Positions 63,252 to 64,000 of a DNA stretch of 64,000 bases are shown in pieces. Both the position numbers and the translations under genes were made by a program. Below the pieces are notes generated by a model that saw only the letters and a program-made list of their open reading frames with translations, had not been told where the DNA came from and searched no databases. This DNA comes from Rhizophagus irregularis (Eukaryota). The stretch is taken from assembly GCF_026210795.1 (NCBI RefSeq), contig NC_089429.1, positions 3,534,001 through 3,598,000 on the forward strand. The letters run 5' to 3'. The number at the start of each line of letters is the position of its first letter. Position 1 is the first letter of the stretch.

Positions 63252-64000
63252 TCAGGTAAATGTTGAGCTGAATGTAACACTGTTAAAATCATTGTGTAAG
63301 TCGTGATTGGTCAACCATTCCAGATATAAAAAAAAGGAGAAGGGTGAGTCACTTTTGGTAATTATTTGTTGTGTCATTGAAAGGTTTTGAAATGTTATTA
63401 AAAACGTATCTAAAAGGGCATGTGACTTGATTCAGAAATTTTTAGAAGGCTTTTTGATTGGTAGTTTTTGTTATTGCTTAATCAGAAAGAGTGGCTATGT
63501 GTTATTCATGATATTTGGCAAAGGACGTTGGTGAAGGTTGTGTTTAAAATGTTCCTGTAGACTAGTAAAAGTATCCCAGAAGAAAACTCTAAACAGGTGT
63601 TTCTTGTGTTGTGAAGCAGCCACGTGCTTCTTGATAGCCTGGTCAAATATCTTGAAAAATGAGGGCCTGTTGGTATATAGATAGAAAATTGTTGTGGAGA
63701 AATTCCACGAAATCTTCGTTAATAAGAAGTTCGTTGGTTGCTCTTTCCATGTCCAAAGTTTTGTTATTCCACTTAAAAAAGGTAGCTTAAAAATATCTTC
63801 ATCTTATCGTTGTCCCAAAGCTTGCTTATTCTAGGCGATACGCCTCTTCAGACCGAATTGAATCCAGAAACACCACAAAGAAAAAGAAAACACGTAAGAT
63901 AAGAAAAATAATATAGAAAAATAAAATTTCTACTATACTTCTCCGCTAATTAATTACGTTGTATTTCGGCGAACGGACCAATTCACTATTTATTATAAGG

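Noticed and set aside
63252..64000. Possible decayed retroelement ORF on the minus strand
   Set aside because: Composition looks coding-like, but there are many stops and no RT, endonuclease or gag motif that I can identify.

Overview
Very AT-rich, intron-rich eukaryotic DNA. The gene and repeat families (Crinkler, 'MSSELEL..RITELEAEN' coiled-coil family, CACTA/hAT/Sola/MULE elements) point to a Glomeromycotina (Rhizophagus-like) fungus; this is an inference. The window has three zones. (1) 1-19.4 kb is a nest of decayed DNA transposons: a Crinkler pseudogene, CACTA/EnSpm remnants, a CGGBP-type hAT with TIRs and TSD, a Sola3-like element with TTAA TSD and a MULE tail. (2) 19.8-42.1 kb is a core-gene island: APN2, a dienelactone hydrolase, TBP, a GH18-like/TM/SH3 receptor-like gene, a TPX2-like pseudogene, an intronless Prp2/DHX16 and an Ent3/epsinR gene. 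(3) 42.6-64 kb is a second nest of MITEs, satellites and two-gene CACTA-like elements whose second gene has an RS/His-rich N-terminus. The most unusual signal is four tandem arrays of non-frame-preserving micro-exons (28-56 nt) at ~2.0, 8.5, 17.7 and 48.1 kb. They are separated by canonical spliceosomal introns whose branch point is repeatedly folded into a hairpin. In two arrays the 5' splice site also sits in a hairpin loop with compensatory changes, and those two share an upstream leader hairpin. The arrays lie in unrelated transposon contexts. All translations, alignments and coordinates were done by eye; no database search was run.
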